Shown here: positions 38,104-53,285 of the stretch, piece after piece
How the letters are laid out: every line of letters begins with the position of its first letter
Numbering within the stretch: position 1 is the stretch's first letter
Assembly (NCBI RefSeq): GCF_964213995.1
Contig: NC_135816.1
Location: 10,974,001-11,038,000 of the forward strand
DNA: 64,000 bases
Reading direction: 5' to 3'
From: Mustelus asterias
Lineage: Eukaryota
The notes under the pieces: model-generated
Databases searched by the model: none
What the model saw: only the letters and a program-made list of their open reading frames with translations
Told to the model about the DNA's origin: nothing
Program-made: the position numbers and the translations under genes

Positions 38104-41100
38104 TAAGCCAGCGCCAGTTCCAACAATCACAGAAGTGGCAGAGAAAGAGGCCACTGGAAGGAACAACTCACCCAGTGCCGATACCCCAGCTTTTCCCCAT
38201 AGCTCTCCACGTTCTCCCATTCAGACAACAACCTCACTGACTTTTAAAAGCTTCGATTGAACCTGCCTCCACCACACTCTCAGGCAACGCATTCCAGACC
38301 TTAACCGCTCATAGAATCATTGAATCCCTACAGTACAGAAGGAGACCATTCAGCCCATCGAGTCTGCACTGACCACAATCCCACCCAGGCCCTATTTCCA
38401 TCACCCTCATTTGCCCTGCTAATTCCCCTGACACTAGGGTCAATTTAACACGGCCAATCAAACTAACCCGCACATCTTTGCAGTGTGGGAGGAAACCGGA
38501 GCACCCGGAGGAAACCCACGCAGACACGGGGAGAACGTGCAAACTCCTCACAGACAGTGACCCGAGGCTGGAATTGAACCCGGGTCCCTGGCGCTGTGAG
38601 GCAGCAGTGCTAACCACTGTGCCACCATGCCGCCCGCCGCCCGAAAGTTTCATGTCACCGTATATCACCGTTCCTTCTTTTACTAATTACTTTCAGTCTG
38701 CGTCCTCTCGTTCTCAATCCTTTCATGAGGGGAGGCTGCAATTTCTCATTCCACAGAATGATAGAATGTTTACAGCACGGAAGGAGGCCACTCGGCCAAT
38801 TCTTTCCCTGCTGTCCCTCTGTAAGAGCGACTCACTTATTTGCACTGTGCCTTCCCCTGCCCCGTGGCCCTGCAAGTTCTGATCTCACTGGATAATGATC
38901 CCATTCTCTTTTGAAGGTTTTGATTGAATCTGTCCTCCCCCGCATTCTCAGGCAGTGGATTCCAGACCCTCAGCACCCGCTGTGTGAGTATGTTTTGCCA
39001 TCGCTTCTTTTGCCAATCGCCTCAAATTGATGTCCTCCGAGGGTGGCATGGTGGCACAGTGGTTAGCACTGCTGCTTTAACCTGTGCTTAATGCTCCCTC
39101 CACCCACATTGACTGTATCTTTAAGACCTGGTTGGCTGTAGGGATTCGCATTCTAATCAGTATTCTGTAGCTTGATTTTGTGTCTCTGTGCCCTGTTTGA
39201 GAGCAGATTTCCACTCCATCTGACGAAGGGGCAGCGCTCCGAAAGCTAATGGTATTTGCTACCAAATAAACCTGTTGGACTTTAACCTGGTGTTGTTAAA
39301 ACTCTTACTGGCCTCACAGCGCCAGAGACCCGGGTTCAATTCCAGCCTCGGGTCACTATCTGTGTGGAGTTTGCACATTCTCCCCGTGTCTACGTGGGTT
39401 TCCTCCGGGTGCTCTGGTTTCCTCCCACAGTCCAAAGATGTATGGGTTAGGTTGATTGGCCATGGTCAATTGCCCCTTAGTGTCAGGAGAATTAGTGGGG
39501 TAAATACATGGGGTTACAGGGATAGGGCCTGGGTGGGATTGTGGTTGGTGCAGGCTCGATGGGCCAAATGGCCTCCTACTGCCCTGTAGATTCTATGATT
39601 GTTTGATTCTCGACCCTTCCACCAATGGGAACAGTCTCTCCCTATCTGCTCTCTCCCGATCCCTCATTTCGAAACTTCCAGCAAATCCCCTCTTAATCTC
39701 CGCTTCTCCAAGGAGAACAGTGCCAGTCTCTTCGATCTATCCACAAGACTGAAGCTCCAAACTGATTAGGCTGCAGTTACATAGAATTCCATCAAACATA
39801 CAGCACGGGAACAGGCCATTCGGCCCAACTGGTCTGAAGAAAGACTTCCATTTATATTTGAAAATGCTCTGCAGCCGATGAGATGAAGTCACTCAGAAAT
39901 GTGGCAGCCAATTTGCGCACAGCAAGCTCCCACAAACAGTGATGTGATAATTATCGGATATTCCGCTTTTTCCTGATGTAGATTGAGGGATGAACGTTGG
40001 CCAAGACACTGGGGCGATCTCCCCTGCTCTCCTTGGAAACAGTGCCATGGGATTTTCTACGTTTACCTGAGAAGGCAGATTTCAATCTAAGCCAGTCTAT
40101 GTTCCGCATAAGCCTCCCCACAACCTGCTTTATGTAACCTTACCTACAGTATCTATATTCCGGTCTCCCTCATGTGTTTATCCAGCTTCCCCTTAAACAC
40201 ATCCATGCAACTCACCACAGCTATTCCTTCTGGTATCGAGTTCCATGTTCTAACCAATCCTGCACACAGTTTTGAGCCTTGCTTTATTAAGGAAGTACCT
40301 CAGAGCAATGGAGAGTATGCAGAAGGAATTCAACCACCAACTGCATTTACGTAGCACCTTTAACGTAGTAAAAACGTCCAAAGGTAGGTCAAAGGAGCGT
40401 TATTGATGAGAATCTCAGGAGATACTGTCAAGAGCAAAAAACTGGCCAAAGATCTTGAGGCGCATTTTAATGGAATGAGAGAGGTGAAGCGGGGAAGATT
40501 TAGAGAGAGAATTCCAGAGCTTGGGGCCTTGGGAGCTGAAGTCATAGAATCCCTCCAGTACAGGAGGAGGCCATTCAGCCCATCGGGTCTGTACCCACCA
40601 TAATCCCACCCAGATCCCTATTCCTATAAACCCACCCATTTACTCTGCTAATCCCTCTGACACTAGGGTCATCCTAACCAGCACATCTTTGGAGTGTGGC
40701 AGGAAACCGGAGCACCCGGAGGAAACCCATGCAGACACGGGGGGAACGTGCAAACTCCACGCAGGCAGTGACCCGAAGCTGGAATTGAACCCGTGTCCCT
40801 GGCGCTGTGAGGCAGCAGTGCTGACCACCGTGCCACCGAGCCACCCTTCACCTGCCTATCATGAAGTGATGGAAATCGGGGATGCTGAAGGGACCAGAGT
40901 TGGAGGAGTGCAGGGATCTCAGGCGGCTGTGGGACTGGAGGAGATTGCAGAGATAGGGAGGGGTGAGGCGAAGGAGGGATCTGAAAACAGGGGTGAGAAT
41001 ATTACAATTACAGTATTATCCGACTGAGAGCTAATACAGTCCAGCAAGCACTGGGGCTGACGGGTGAACAGAACTGGATGTAGACTGAGTTAAGGGCACC

Positions 41101-43220
41101 ATTCAGGTGAGATTGAGTTTTCAGAGGGCGTAAGAAGAAAGATCAGTGGGGAGATACGGTAATGAGTTGTCTTTAGCCATGCGGAGAAAGCAGAAAATTT
41201 GGAGCTCTTTGAATTTCAACAGTGGAGGCATGAGGAGACCGGAAGAGAGTTCAAAGTGTTTCGATAAATTAAAGAGGGAATCGTAGAATCTACAGGGCAG
41301 AAAGAGGCCATTCAGCCCATTGTACCCACATCGGCAACAATCCCACCCAACCCTATCGTCGTAACCCCACATATTTATCCTGCTAATCCCCCTGACACTA
41401 AGGGTCAATTTAGCTCGGCCAAAGACCTGCGCGTCTTTCGGTCTGTGGGAGGAAACCGGAGCACCCGGAGGAAACCCACGCAGACACGAGGAAAGCATGC
41501 AAACTCCACACAGACAGTGACCCAAGGCTGGAATTGAACCCGGGTCCCTGGCGCTGTGAGGCAGCAGTGCTAACCACTGTGCCACCGTGCCGAATTGCTT
41601 ACCCCAGAGGATTGTGGATGTTCATTCAATTAGCATATTCAAAACAGAGACTGGTAGGTGTTTGGACACAAAGGGAATTATGGGACATGCGGATAATGCG
41701 GGAGAATGGAATTGAGGTAGAGGATCTAACAGAATGGCGGGACAGGCTCAAGGGGCTGAATGGCCTTCTACTGCTCCTATTTCTTAAGTTCTTTCGCATG
41801 TTCTAACACAGTAAGAACAAAACAAGGCTAGATGAGGAAATGAACCTGATTGAAATAGAACTCACAACAAACAAACAATTTCAATCACAGCCATGGCCTG
41901 AGGTAAAAGTGTCTGGTTTGATGTTTCCGAAGTGCTTACTGACCCAACCAGACTGACAAAAAAGGGGAGATTTACTTGGTGAGGGTGGAAGTGGAGGAGG
42001 AAACTGATTGGTGGGTAGATTGAGTGAAGCTGCAGCCTCATTGGACAGGTGACGGGGCAATATGGCACGGCCCATCAGTGATTTGCTCTCCCTTTAGAGT
42101 GGCCAGCGTAGCATCATGGGATTCGGGTGTCACTGGCGAGGCCAGCACTTGTTGCCCATTCCTAATTGCCCCTGAACTGAGTGTCTCACTTGGCCATTTA
42201 AGAAGTCAACCACTTTGCTGAGGTTCTGGAGTCACAAGTAGGTCAGACCAGGTAAGGACGGCAGATTTCCTTCCCTAAAGGACATCAGTGAACCAGATGG
42301 GTTCTTACAACAATCAACAATGCGTTTCATGGTCATCATTAGACTTTTAATTCCAAATTTTATGGGCGGCATGGTGGCATAGTGGTTAGCACTGCTGCCC
42401 CACAGCACCAGGGACCCGGCTGCCATTCCCAGCTTGGGTCACTGTCTTGTGGAGTTTGCACATTCTCTCCGTGTCTGCGTGGGTTTCTTCCGGGTGCTCC
42501 GGTTTCCTCCACAGTCCAAAGATGTGCAGGTTAGGTGGATTGGCCATGCTAAATTGCTCCTTAGTGTCAGGGGGACTAGCCAGGATAAACACATGGGGTT
42601 ATGGGGATACGGCCTGGGTGGGATTGTGGTCGGTGCAGACTCGATGGGCCGAATGGCCTCCTTCTGCACTGTAGGATTCAATGATTTTATGAATTCAAAT
42701 TTCACCATCTGCTGTGGTGGGATTCGAACCCTAGTCCCCAGAGCATTACCCTGCGTTTCTGGATTACTAGTCGAGTGACAATACCACTATGCCGCTGCCT
42801 CCTCAGCTTGTTTGGCCATATAATGAGATCATGGCTGATCTGTAATCTAACTCCATCTTCCCTCCATATCACTCTGGTTAACAAACATATGTCAATTGCA
42901 GATTTAAAATGGACTCAGCATCAATTTCCATTCGCAGAAGAGAAACTTCCAGCACCCTTTGTATTCCCTGACTTTACTCCTGAAATTTCTGCCTCTAATT
43001 TTCAGGTTATGTCACCTGGTGCTAGACCGGCCAAGCAGCAGAAATAGTCCCTCTCCGCCCCACCTGTTCCCCTTCACATCTTTCCTCTAATCTCCCCATT
43101 TGCTCTCCCTTGGAGTCAGGATCTTTCCTGGGAGCGAGTGACTGGATTTAATCCGTGCTGTGAATGTCCCACCTCCAACCTGGGGCTCCATCTGGAGTGG
43201 GGCTCTGCTGTGTGAGATTA

Positions 43221-43690
43221 CAGTAAGAAGTTTAACAACACCAGGTTAAAGTCCAACAGGTTTATTTGGTAGCAAAAGCCACACAAGCTTTCGGAGCTCC
43301 AAGCCCCTTCTTCAGGTGAGTGGGAATTCTGTTCACAAACAGGGCATATAAAGACACAGACTCAATTTACATGAATAATGGTTGGAATGCGAATACTTAC
43401 AACTAATCAAGTCTTTAAGATACAAACAATGTGAGTGGAGAGAGCATCAAGACAGGCTAAAAAGATGTGTATTGTCTCCAGACAGGACAGCCAGTGAAAC
43501 TCTGCAGGTCCAGGCAAGCTGTGGGGATTACAAATAGTGTGACATGAACCCAATATCCTGGTTGAGGCCGTCCTCATGTGTGCGGAACTTGGCTATCAGT
43601 TTCTGCTCAGCGACTCTGCGCCGTCGTGTGTCGTGAAGGCCGCCTTGGAGAACGCTTACCCGAATATCAGAGGCCAAATGCCGATTACCC
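43221..43690 (-). mobile_element. Penelope-like element 3' fragment (GIY-YIG endonuclease C-terminus plus pseudo-LTR); second copy at ~46858-47292
   Basis: Peptide SDIRVSVLQGGLHDTRRRRVAEQKLIAKFRTHEDGLN; hammerhead-like motif at 43282-43318. Confidence 0.8.
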
Positions 43691-45751
43691 CAGTGAAACT
43701 GCATCTGATGTCTGAGACACTCCCATCTCACAGTGCTCGGGATGCCAACACTCCGGGGTTAGCCTGGAGTCTCCTGGAATTGAAGATCGAACTCTAGGAC
43801 ACTGCTGTGTGACATCCTGGAGAGAAAAAAATACATCAGGACGTTAATAAAGATTTGATTCTTTTGACATTTTCTTTGAAAGTTTCTCTTTGCCAGATAC
43901 AAAAACATTGAAAATGGGGGGAAAAGGCTGTGTTCATAAAGCGCCACAGTGATCTCATGGTTGAAGAGCTTGGACACGATTAATTGCTTGGATCACATGT
44001 AAAGATCATTCATTTGACAGCAGTGGAGGGTGGGTTGGTACATTATACTGTTCTCAGTTAGTACCTAAGCAGACTGGGACTATATTCATTGGAATTCAGA
44101 AGAATGAGGGGAGATCTTATAGAAACATATAAAGTTATGAAGGGAATAGATAAGAAAGAAGCCAGGGAAGTTGTTTCCATTGGCAGGTAAAATTAGACCT
44201 GGGGGGGGCAGAGCCTCAAAATAAGGGGAGCAGATTTTGGACTGAGTTGAGGAGGAACTTCTTCACCCAAAGGGTTGTGAATCTGTGGAATTCCCTGCCC
44301 AGTGAAGCAGTTAAGGCTACCTCATTGAATGTTTTTAAGGCAAAGATAGATACATTTTTGAACAGTAAAGGAATTGAGGGTTATGGTGAGCGGGTGGGTA
44401 AGTGGAGCTGAGTCCACAAAAAGATCAGCCATGATCTTATTGAATAGCAAAGCAGGCTCGAGGGGCCAGATGGCCTACTCCTGCTCCTAGTTCTTATGTC
44501 CTTATGTTCAGAGACAGGGAGAAAATTATCGGCAAGAAATGGATCTTATTTACATTGGAGTCATTGAGAGCAAGAGTGTATCTGTGACTAATGTCAAAGT
44601 CAGTTTTTAAAAACTCATTCACACGCTGTCGCTGGCTGGCCAGCATTTATTGCCCATCCCTAATTTCCCTTGAGAAGGTGGTGGTGAGCTGCCTTCTTGA
44701 ACCGCTGCAGTCCATGTGGTGTAGGTACACCCACAGTGCTGTTAGGGAGGGAGTTCCAAGATTTTGACCCAGCGACAGTGAAAGAGTGGTCAATATATTT
44801 CCAAGTCAGGATGGTGAGTGGTTTGGAGGGGAACCTCGAGGTGGTGGTGTTCCCATGTGTCTGCTGCCCTTGTCCTTCCAGATGGTAGCAGTCACAGGTT
44901 TGGAAGGTGCTGTCAAAGGAGTCTTGGTGAGTTGTTGCAGTGCATCTTGTAGATGGTACACAATAGTATACACTGCTGCCACTATGCATCAGTGGTGGAG
45001 GGAGTGAATGCTGAAAGGGGTGGATGGGGTGCCAATCAGGCGGGGCTGCTTTGTCCTGGATGGTGTTGAGCTTCTTGAGTGTTGTTGGAGCTGCACCCAT
45101 CCAGGCAAGTGGGGAGTATTCCATCACACTCCTGATTTGTGCCTTGCAGATGGAAGACAGACTTTGGGGAGTCAGGAGGTGAGTTACTCTCTGTAGAATT
45201 TCCAGCCTCTGACCCAGGGAAGTGTTGATGAAACCGTGGGAAACAGTTGGCATTGAACACACGTAGGGCAGGATATTCTGGCAATGCTTGCCCCAAAAAT
45301 CGAAAGTCCCCCCCAAGGTCAACAGACCTTTCCATGATCCGCCCCCTCGCCTGCTCCGATTCCCATGGCGGGTGGAACGGGAAAATTCGCGCCATAGTCT
45401 TTTTCCCGGGGAAGGGGAATTGACAACTAGAGGGCATAGGCTTAAGGTGATAGGGGAGAGATTTAAAAGGGACCTGAGGGGCAACTTCTTCACGCAGCCG
45501 GTGGTGCGTGTATAGAATGAGCTGCCAGAGAAAGTGGTTGAGGCAGGTACAAGAGCAACATTTAAAAAGCATTTGAATAAGTACACAGATAGGGAAGGAT
45601 CAGAGGGATATGGGCCAAACGTGGACAATTGGGACTAGCTGGGAGAGCACCATGGTCGGCATAGACTGGTTGGGCGGAAGGGCCTGTTTCCGTGCTGTAA
45701 TGCTCTATGACTTTATGCAAGGTTGACACTCCAATACAGTACTGAGGGAGC

Positions 45752-46348
45752 ACATGCCGACACTATAGTTAAGAAAGCCCACCAACGCCTCTACTTTCTC
45801 AGAAGACTAAGGAAATTTGGCATGTCAGCTATGACTCTCACCAACTTTTACAGATGCACCAGAGAAAGCATTCTTTCTGGTTGTATCACAGCTTGGTATG
45901 GCTCCTGCTCTGCCCAAGACCACAATAAACTACAAAGGGTCATGAATGTAGCCCAATCCATCATGCAAACCAGCCTCCCATCCATTGACTCTGTCTACAT
46001 TTCCCGCTGCCTCGGCAAAGCAGCCAGCGTAATTAAGGATCCCACGCACCCCGGACATTCTCTCTTCCACCTTCTTCCTTCGGGAAAAAGATACAAAGGT
46101 CTGAGGTCACGTACTAACCGACTCAAGAACAGCTTCTTCCCTGCTGCTGTCAGACTTTTGAATGGACTTAGCCTGCATGAAGTTGATCTTTCTCTACACC
46201 CTAGCTATGACTGTAACACTACATTCTGCACTCTCTCGTTTCCTTCTCTATGAACAGTATGCTTTGTCTGCATAGCGCGCAAGAAACAATGCTTTTCACT
46301 GTGTGTTAATACGTGACAATAATAAATCAGATCAAATCAAATCAAATC
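45752..46348 (+). mobile_element. Rex1/Babar LINE 3' fragment inserted in a DeuSINE-like relic
   Basis: ORF 45723-46253 and (AAATC)n tail; flanks CAGTACTGAGGGAGCAC and CACTGCACTGTCAGAG rejoin as SINE sequence. Confidence 0.85.
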
Positions 46349-47402
46349 ACTGCACTGTCAGAGCTGTTGTCTCCTGGATAAGATGTTAAACCGAGATATC
46401 TGGCCATTCCAGTGGATGCAAATGACACTGGTCACCTCTAGTTGAAGAAGGTTGTGTGTGCTGTCTCCAATGACCTGACCAATATTTATTGTTTAGCCAA
46501 TATCAGTACAATATGGATTACCGGGTCGCTATTTATTTGTGTGAGTCGCTATGTGCAAACTGCATGATGCGTTTCCATCAATTACAGCACAAAAAACTTA
46601 AATTGGCTGCAAAATTGGCTGAGCTGGTGAAAGGCGCTATAGAAATGCAAATTCATTGTTTATCCCTTTAATGTTTTGTATTTACAACTGGAGAGTCTGC
46701 CATTGGAGTACCAGAAGAACCGGTTTGACCATCACAGGATGGGTAGTATAGCAGGTTTCAAACTGAATAAACCTTTACGCAGTCAGGCAGCTTCCTGTCA
46801 CCAGCACTTTATGTACCCTTAAGCATGGACTATTCCTTGTCAATAGTGAAATTAGGTAAACACAGTAAGAAGTTTAACAACACCAGGTTAAAGTCCAACA
46901 GGTTTATTTGGTAGCAAAAGCCACACAAGCTTTCAGAGCCTGAAGCCCCTTCTTCAGGTGAGTGGGAATTCTGTTCACAAACAGGGCTTATAAAGACACA
47001 GACTCAATTTACAGAATAATGGTTGGAATGCGAATACTTACAGCTAATCAAATCTTTAAGATACAAACAATGTGAGTGGAGAGAGCATTAAGACAGGCTA
47101 AAGAGGTGTGTATTGTCTCCAGACAGTGAGACTCTGCAGGTCCAGGCAGGCTGTGGGGGTTACAGATAGTGTGACATGAACCCAATATGCCGGTTGAGGC
47201 CGTCCTCATATGTGCGGAACTTGGCTATCAGTTTCTGCTCAGCGACTCTGCGCCGTCGTGTGTCGTGAAGGCCGCCTTGGAGAACGCTTACATATAGTGA
47301 AATTATCCAAGGGTTTCTACTTTTAACAATGTGGTTAAAATAGCCGGGAACAGCTATGATTTGATTAATAAAGGATTATGTGCTGGAAACAGCACACAAT
47401 TA

Positions 47403-50005
47403 GACCATAAGACCATTAGACATAGGAGCAGAATTAGGCCACTCGGCCCATCGAGTCTGCTCCACCATTCAATCATGGCTGATATTTTTCTCATCCCCAT
47501 TCTCCTGCCTTTTCCCTATAACCTCTGATCCCCTTATTAATCAAGAACCTATCTATCTCTGCCTTAAAGACACTCAATGACGTGGCCTCCACAGCCTTCT
47601 GCGGCAAAGAGTTCCCAGATTCACCACTCTCTGGCTGAAGAAATTCCTCCTCATCTCTGTTTTAAAGGATCGTCCCTTTAGCCTGAGGTTGTGCCCACTG
47701 GTTCTAGTTTTTCCTACTAGTGGAAACATCCTCTCCATGTCCACTCTATCCAGGCCTCGCAGTATCCTGTAAGCTTCAGTAAGATCCCCCCTCATCCTTC
47801 TAAACTCCAACGAGTACAGACCCAGAGTTCTCAACCGTTCCTCATGCGACAAGCTCTTCATTCCAGGGATCATTCTTGTGAACCTCCTCTGGATCCTTTC
47901 CAAGGCCAGCACATCCTTCCTTAGATATGGGTCCCAAAACAGCTCACAATACTCCAAATGGGGTCTGACCAGAGCCTTATACAGCCTCAGAAATACATCC
48001 CTGCTCTTGTATTCTAGCCCTCTCGACATGAATGCTAACATTGCATTTGCCTTCCTAACTGCTGACTTAAACTGCACGGTACAGGGGAAATGTTAGGGGG
48101 GAGTTTTTCACACAGAGGGTGGTGGGTGAGTGGAATGGGCAGTGATGGTGGAGGCAAACTCAATAGGGTCTTTTAAGAGACTCCTGGATGAGTATATGGG
48201 AATTAATAGAATGGAGGGTTATAGGTAGGCCTAAAAGGTAGGGATATGTTCGGCACAACTTGTGGGGCCGAAGGGCCTGTTTTTCTATGTTTCTATGTTA
48301 ACCTTAAGAGATTCTTGAACAGTGACTCCCAAGTCCCTTTGTGTTTCTGATTTCCTAAGCATTTTCCCATTTAGAAAATAGTCTATGCCTCCATTTCTTC
48401 TTCCAAAGTGCATAACCTCACACTTTTCCACATTGTGTTCCATCTGCCACTTCTTTGCCCACTCTCCTAATCTGTCCAAGTCCTTCTGCAGCCGCCCTGC
48501 TTCCTCAACACTACCTGTCATAGAGTCATAGAGGTTTACAGCATGGAAACAGGCCCTTTGGCCCAACTTGTCCATGCCGCCCTTTTTTTTTAAACCCCTA
48601 AGCTAATCCCCATTGCCCACATTTGGCCCATATCTCTCTATACCCATCTTACCCATGTAACTATCTAAATGTTTTTGAAAAAGCATCCAAAGATGTGCGG
48701 GTTAGGTTGATTGGCCAGGTTTAAAAAAGAAATTGCCCCTTAGAGTCCTGAGATGCGTAGGTTAGAGGGATTAGCGGGTACATATGTGGGGATAGGGCCT
48801 GGGTGGGATTGTGGTCGGTGCAGACTCGATGGGCCAAATGGCCTCCTTCTGCACTGTCGGGTTTCTATAAAAGACAAAATTGTACCCGCCTCTACTACTA
48901 CCTCTGGCAGCTTGTTCCAGACACTCACCACCCTCTGTGTGAAAAAATTGCCCCTCTGGACACTTTTGTATCTCTCCCCTCTCACCTTAAATCTATGCCC
49001 TCTAGTTTTAGACTCCCCTACCTTTGGGAAAAGATATTGACTATCTAGCTGATCTGTGCTCCTCATTATTTTATAGACCTCTATAAGATCACCCCTCAGC
49101 CTCCGACGCTCCCGAGTAAAAAGTCCCAGTCTATCCAGCCTCTCCTTATAACCCAAACCATCAAGTCCCGGTAGCATCCTAGTAAATATTTTCTGCACTC
49201 TTTCTAGTTTAATAATATCCTTTCTATAATAGGGTGGCAGGAACTGCACACAGTATTCCAAGTGTGGCCTTCAACAAGACGTCCCAACTCCTGTATTCAA
49301 TGTTCTGACCAATGAAACCAAGCATGCCGAATGCCTTCTTCACCACTCTGTCCACCTGTGACTCCACTTTCAAGGAGCTATGAACATGTACCCCTAGATC
49401 TCTTTGTTCTGTAACTCTCCCCAACGCCCTACCATTAACTGAGTAATTCCTGCCCTGGTTCAATCTACCAAAATGCATCACCTTGCATTTGTCTAAATTT
49501 AACTCCATCTGCTATTCATCAGCCCACTGGCCCAATCGTTACAATTGGAGATAACTTTCTTCACTGTCCACTATGCCACCTATCTTGGTGTCATGTGCAA
49601 ACTTACTAACCATGCCCCCTATATTCTCACCCAAATCATTGATATAAATGACAACAGTGGACCCAGCACTGATCCCTGAGGCACACCGCTGGTCACAGAC
49701 CTCCAGTTTGAAAAACAACCCTCTACAACGACACTCTGACTTCTGTCAAGAAGCCAATTTTGTATCCATTCAGATACCTCACCCTGGATCCTGTGAGATT
49801 TAATCTTATGCAACAACCTACCATGCGGTCAAATGCCTTGCTAACGTCCATGTAGACAACAGCAACTGCACTGCCCTCATCTATCTTCCTGGTTACCCCT
49901 TCAAAAAACTCAATCAAATTTGTGAGACATGACTGTCCCTCTACATATCTTTGTATCAAATTTAGCAACAGTGCCTTCAGTTCCTTCCTCCAAATCATTA
50001 ATGTA
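47403..50005 (-). mobile_element. Nested cluster of CR1 LINE fragments with SINE and CR1 insertions
   Basis: ORFs 47574-48077, 48285-48575, 48740-49261, 49224-49508 and 49619-49998 all carry CR1 ORF2 motifs. Confidence 0.88.
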
Positions 50006-52615
50006 TGTTGTCAATGTATAATGTAAATCGTAAATGTATATGTACAATTATCTCTCGGTCACTGATTTAGCGGGTCCAAACAGGACGTGTGATACTAAAT
50101 TGGTTGACAGGAATGTCTTCTGGGCATTTCCAATTAATTCGGGTGGCACGGTGGCAGCGTGGTTAGCACTGCTGTAACAGATTTGGACAATTTTCCACAT
50201 TGCTGGGTAAATGTCAGATGCCAGTGTTGTGGCTAGACTTGGCTAGGGGCACGGCAAGTTCTAGAGCACAAGTCTTCAGTACTATTGCTGGAATATTGTC
50301 AGGGCCCATAACCTTTGCAGAATCCAGTGACTTCAGCCATTCCTTGATATCGCGTGGAATGAATGGAATTGGCTGAGGACTGACTGGGTGGCGCAGTGGT
50401 TAGCACTGTTGCCTCACAGCACCAGGGACCCGGGTTTAATTCCCGACTTGGGTCACTGTCTGTGCGGAGTCTGCACGTTCCCCCCGTGTCTGCGTGGGTT
50501 TCCTCCGGGTGCTCCGGTTTTCTTCCACAGTCCAAAGATGTGCGGGTTAGGTGCATTGGCCATGCTAAATTGCCTCAGTGTCAGGGGATTAGGGGTAAAT
50601 ATGTGAGGTTACGGGAATAGGGCCTGGGTGGGATTGTGGTCGGTGCAGACTCGATGGGCCGAATGACTTCCTTCTGCACTGTGGCGATTCCATGATTCTT
50701 TGGAAAGAGTGAGATTATGAGAAATTTAGATGAAAAAGCACAAGGCTCATCCAGACTCGAAACGCTGGCTCTATTCTCTCTCCACAGATGCAATCAGACC
50801 TGCTGAGATTTTCCAGCACTTTCTGTTTTTGTTTCCGATTCCAGCATCCGCAGTATTTTGTTTTTACCTCAGAACAGGTTTCCTGTTTTATTGAGTCACA
50901 GGTCTGGTCCGGTGAGATCTTTCCAGAAATGCGGACATTGAAGGAGAAGGATTGATGTTGATTCTGAAACAGAAAGGAATTCATCTTCAAAGCCGTCACT
51001 GGCCTGCCCCTGAATGAAAGGATATCTCCCCTCTCTCCTCACCTCAATGTCGCTGGCTCCAATTCCACTTATTAAAGGTTAGGTGCATTGGCCCAGATGG
51101 CACAGTGGGTTAGCGCTGCTGCCGCACAGCGCCAGGGACCCGGGTTCGATTCCCAGCTTGAGTCACTGTCTGTGTGGAGTCTGTACGCTCTCCCCGTGTC
51201 TGCGTGGGTTTCCTCCGGGTGCTCCGGTTTCCTCCCACAGTCCGAAAGACGTGCTGGTTGGGTGCATTGGCCGTGTTAAATTCTCCCTCAGTGTACCCGA
51301 ACAGGTGTGTGGCGAGTAGGAGATTTTCACAGTAACTTGATTGCAGTGTTAATGTAAGCCTACTTGTGACACTGATAAATAAATAAATAAATAAGTGAAG
51401 ATCCTGAATCCTTTAACCTTAGTTTTCCCTTATATAGTGGGGATGGTGGCATAGTGGTATTGTCACTAAACTACTAATCCATGGGCCCAGGCTAATGGGA
51501 CTTGGGTTCAAATCCCACTACGGCCACTGGTGGAAATAAAATTCAATTTTAAAAAATCTGGAATTAATAGTGACAGTTAAACCCATTTGGTTCACAAATG
51601 TCCTTTCGGGAAGGAAATCTGCTGTCCTTACCCAAGTCTGGCCTACATGTGACTCCAGAGACTCTGAAATGGCCGAGTGAGCTACTTTGTTCGGGGGCAA
51701 TTAGGGATGGGGGACAGATGCTGGCCTAGCCAGAGACGCCCACATCCCATGAAAGAATTTATCAGAAAGGCTGATATTTTCCGGCCCTTCTCGCTGGCGG
51801 AATCTTCTCGATGGTGACCCCCCCCCCCCCCATCCTGCGGCACGTTTCCCCGGTGGCGGAGGGTGTGGTGCAGGTATATTCCGGTAGACCAGGTGGGACC
51901 AGAAGATCCCATGGACGGCCAAAGGCAGCCCACTTCCGCCACCAGAAAATGAGGCGGGGAGAATGTGGACCATTATCTTTCACCTTCTCCGGGTGTCGGG
52001 GACATTTCCGTCAATGAAGTCTTTTTGATGTCTTGGTGGATGGAGTAATGTACGAAACACAGCTTCCACAAGACAGCAGTGACCCAAATGACGAGATTCT
52101 ATTTTCAAGCCTAGAGTTGGTTGAAGGATCAATGTTGCTCAGGACTCGCTGCGGGCTTATCTTTGATGTGCACCCGGCAGAATGGATGTGGGGGCCTTGG
52201 GGCTTAACGCTTCATCTGAACAATGGCACCTCCGACATTGCAGCACAATGGCACAGTGGTTAGCACCGCTGCCTCACAGCTCCAGGGACCGGGGTTCGAT
52301 TCTCGACTCGGGTCACTGTCTGTGTGGAGTTTGCACGTTCTCCCCGTGTCTGTGTGGGTTTCCTCCGGGTGCTCTGGTTTCCTCCCACACTCCTAAGATG
52401 TGTGGGTTAGGTTGATTGGCCATGCTAAATTGCCCCTTAGTGTCCCGGGATGTGTATGTTAGAGGGATTACTGGGGTAAATGTGGGGATAGGGGGGGGTG
52501 GGATAGTGGGGATAGAGCCTTGGGTGGGATTGTAGTCGGTGCAGATTCGATGGGCCGAATGACCTCATTCTGCAATGTAGGGATTCTATGATTCTATGAT
52601 TGCCGCATTCCCTCG

Positions 52616-53285
52616 ATTTTGATTTGATTTATTATTGTCACATGTATTAACATAGAGTGAAAAGTATTGTTTCCTGCGCGCCATACAGACAAAGCATACT
52701 GTTCATAGAGAAGGAAATGAGAGAGTGCAGAATGTCGTATCACAGTCAGTGCTAGGCTGCAGAGAAAGGTTAGGTCCATTCAAAAGTCTGACAGCAGCAG
52801 GGAAGAAGTTGTTCTTGAGTCGGTTGGTACGTGACCTCAGACTTTTGTATCTTTTTCCCGAAGGAAGAAGGTGGAAGAGAGAATGTCCAGAGTGCGTGGG
52901 GTCCTTAATTGTGCTGGCTGTTTTGACGAGGCAGTGGGAAGTGTAGACAGAGTCAATGGATGGGAGGCTGGTTTGCGTGATGGATTGGGCTACATTCACG
53001 ACCTTTTGTAGTTCCTTGTGGTCTTGGGCAGAGCAGGAGCTATACCAAGCTGTGATACAACCAGAAAGAATGCTTTCTATGGTGCACTGTAAAAGTTGGT
53101 GAGAGACGTAGTTGACATGCCAAATTTCCTTCGTCTTCTGAGAAGGTGTTAGCATGGGTGGGGGTTGGGGAGGGGGCGGGGGGGGGGGGGGGGGGGGGGG
53201 GGTGGAAACCAGGACAGGTTGTTGGTGATCTGGACACCTAAAAACTTGAAGCTCTCGACTCCTTCTACTTTGTCCCCGCTGATGT
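52616..53285 (-). mobile_element. Rex1/Babar LINE fragment immediately upstream of the CD74 promoter
   Basis: ORF 52703-53374 (CTIESILSGCITAWY...RLKNNFFPAAVRLLN) and (ATTTG)n tail. Confidence 0.85.
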
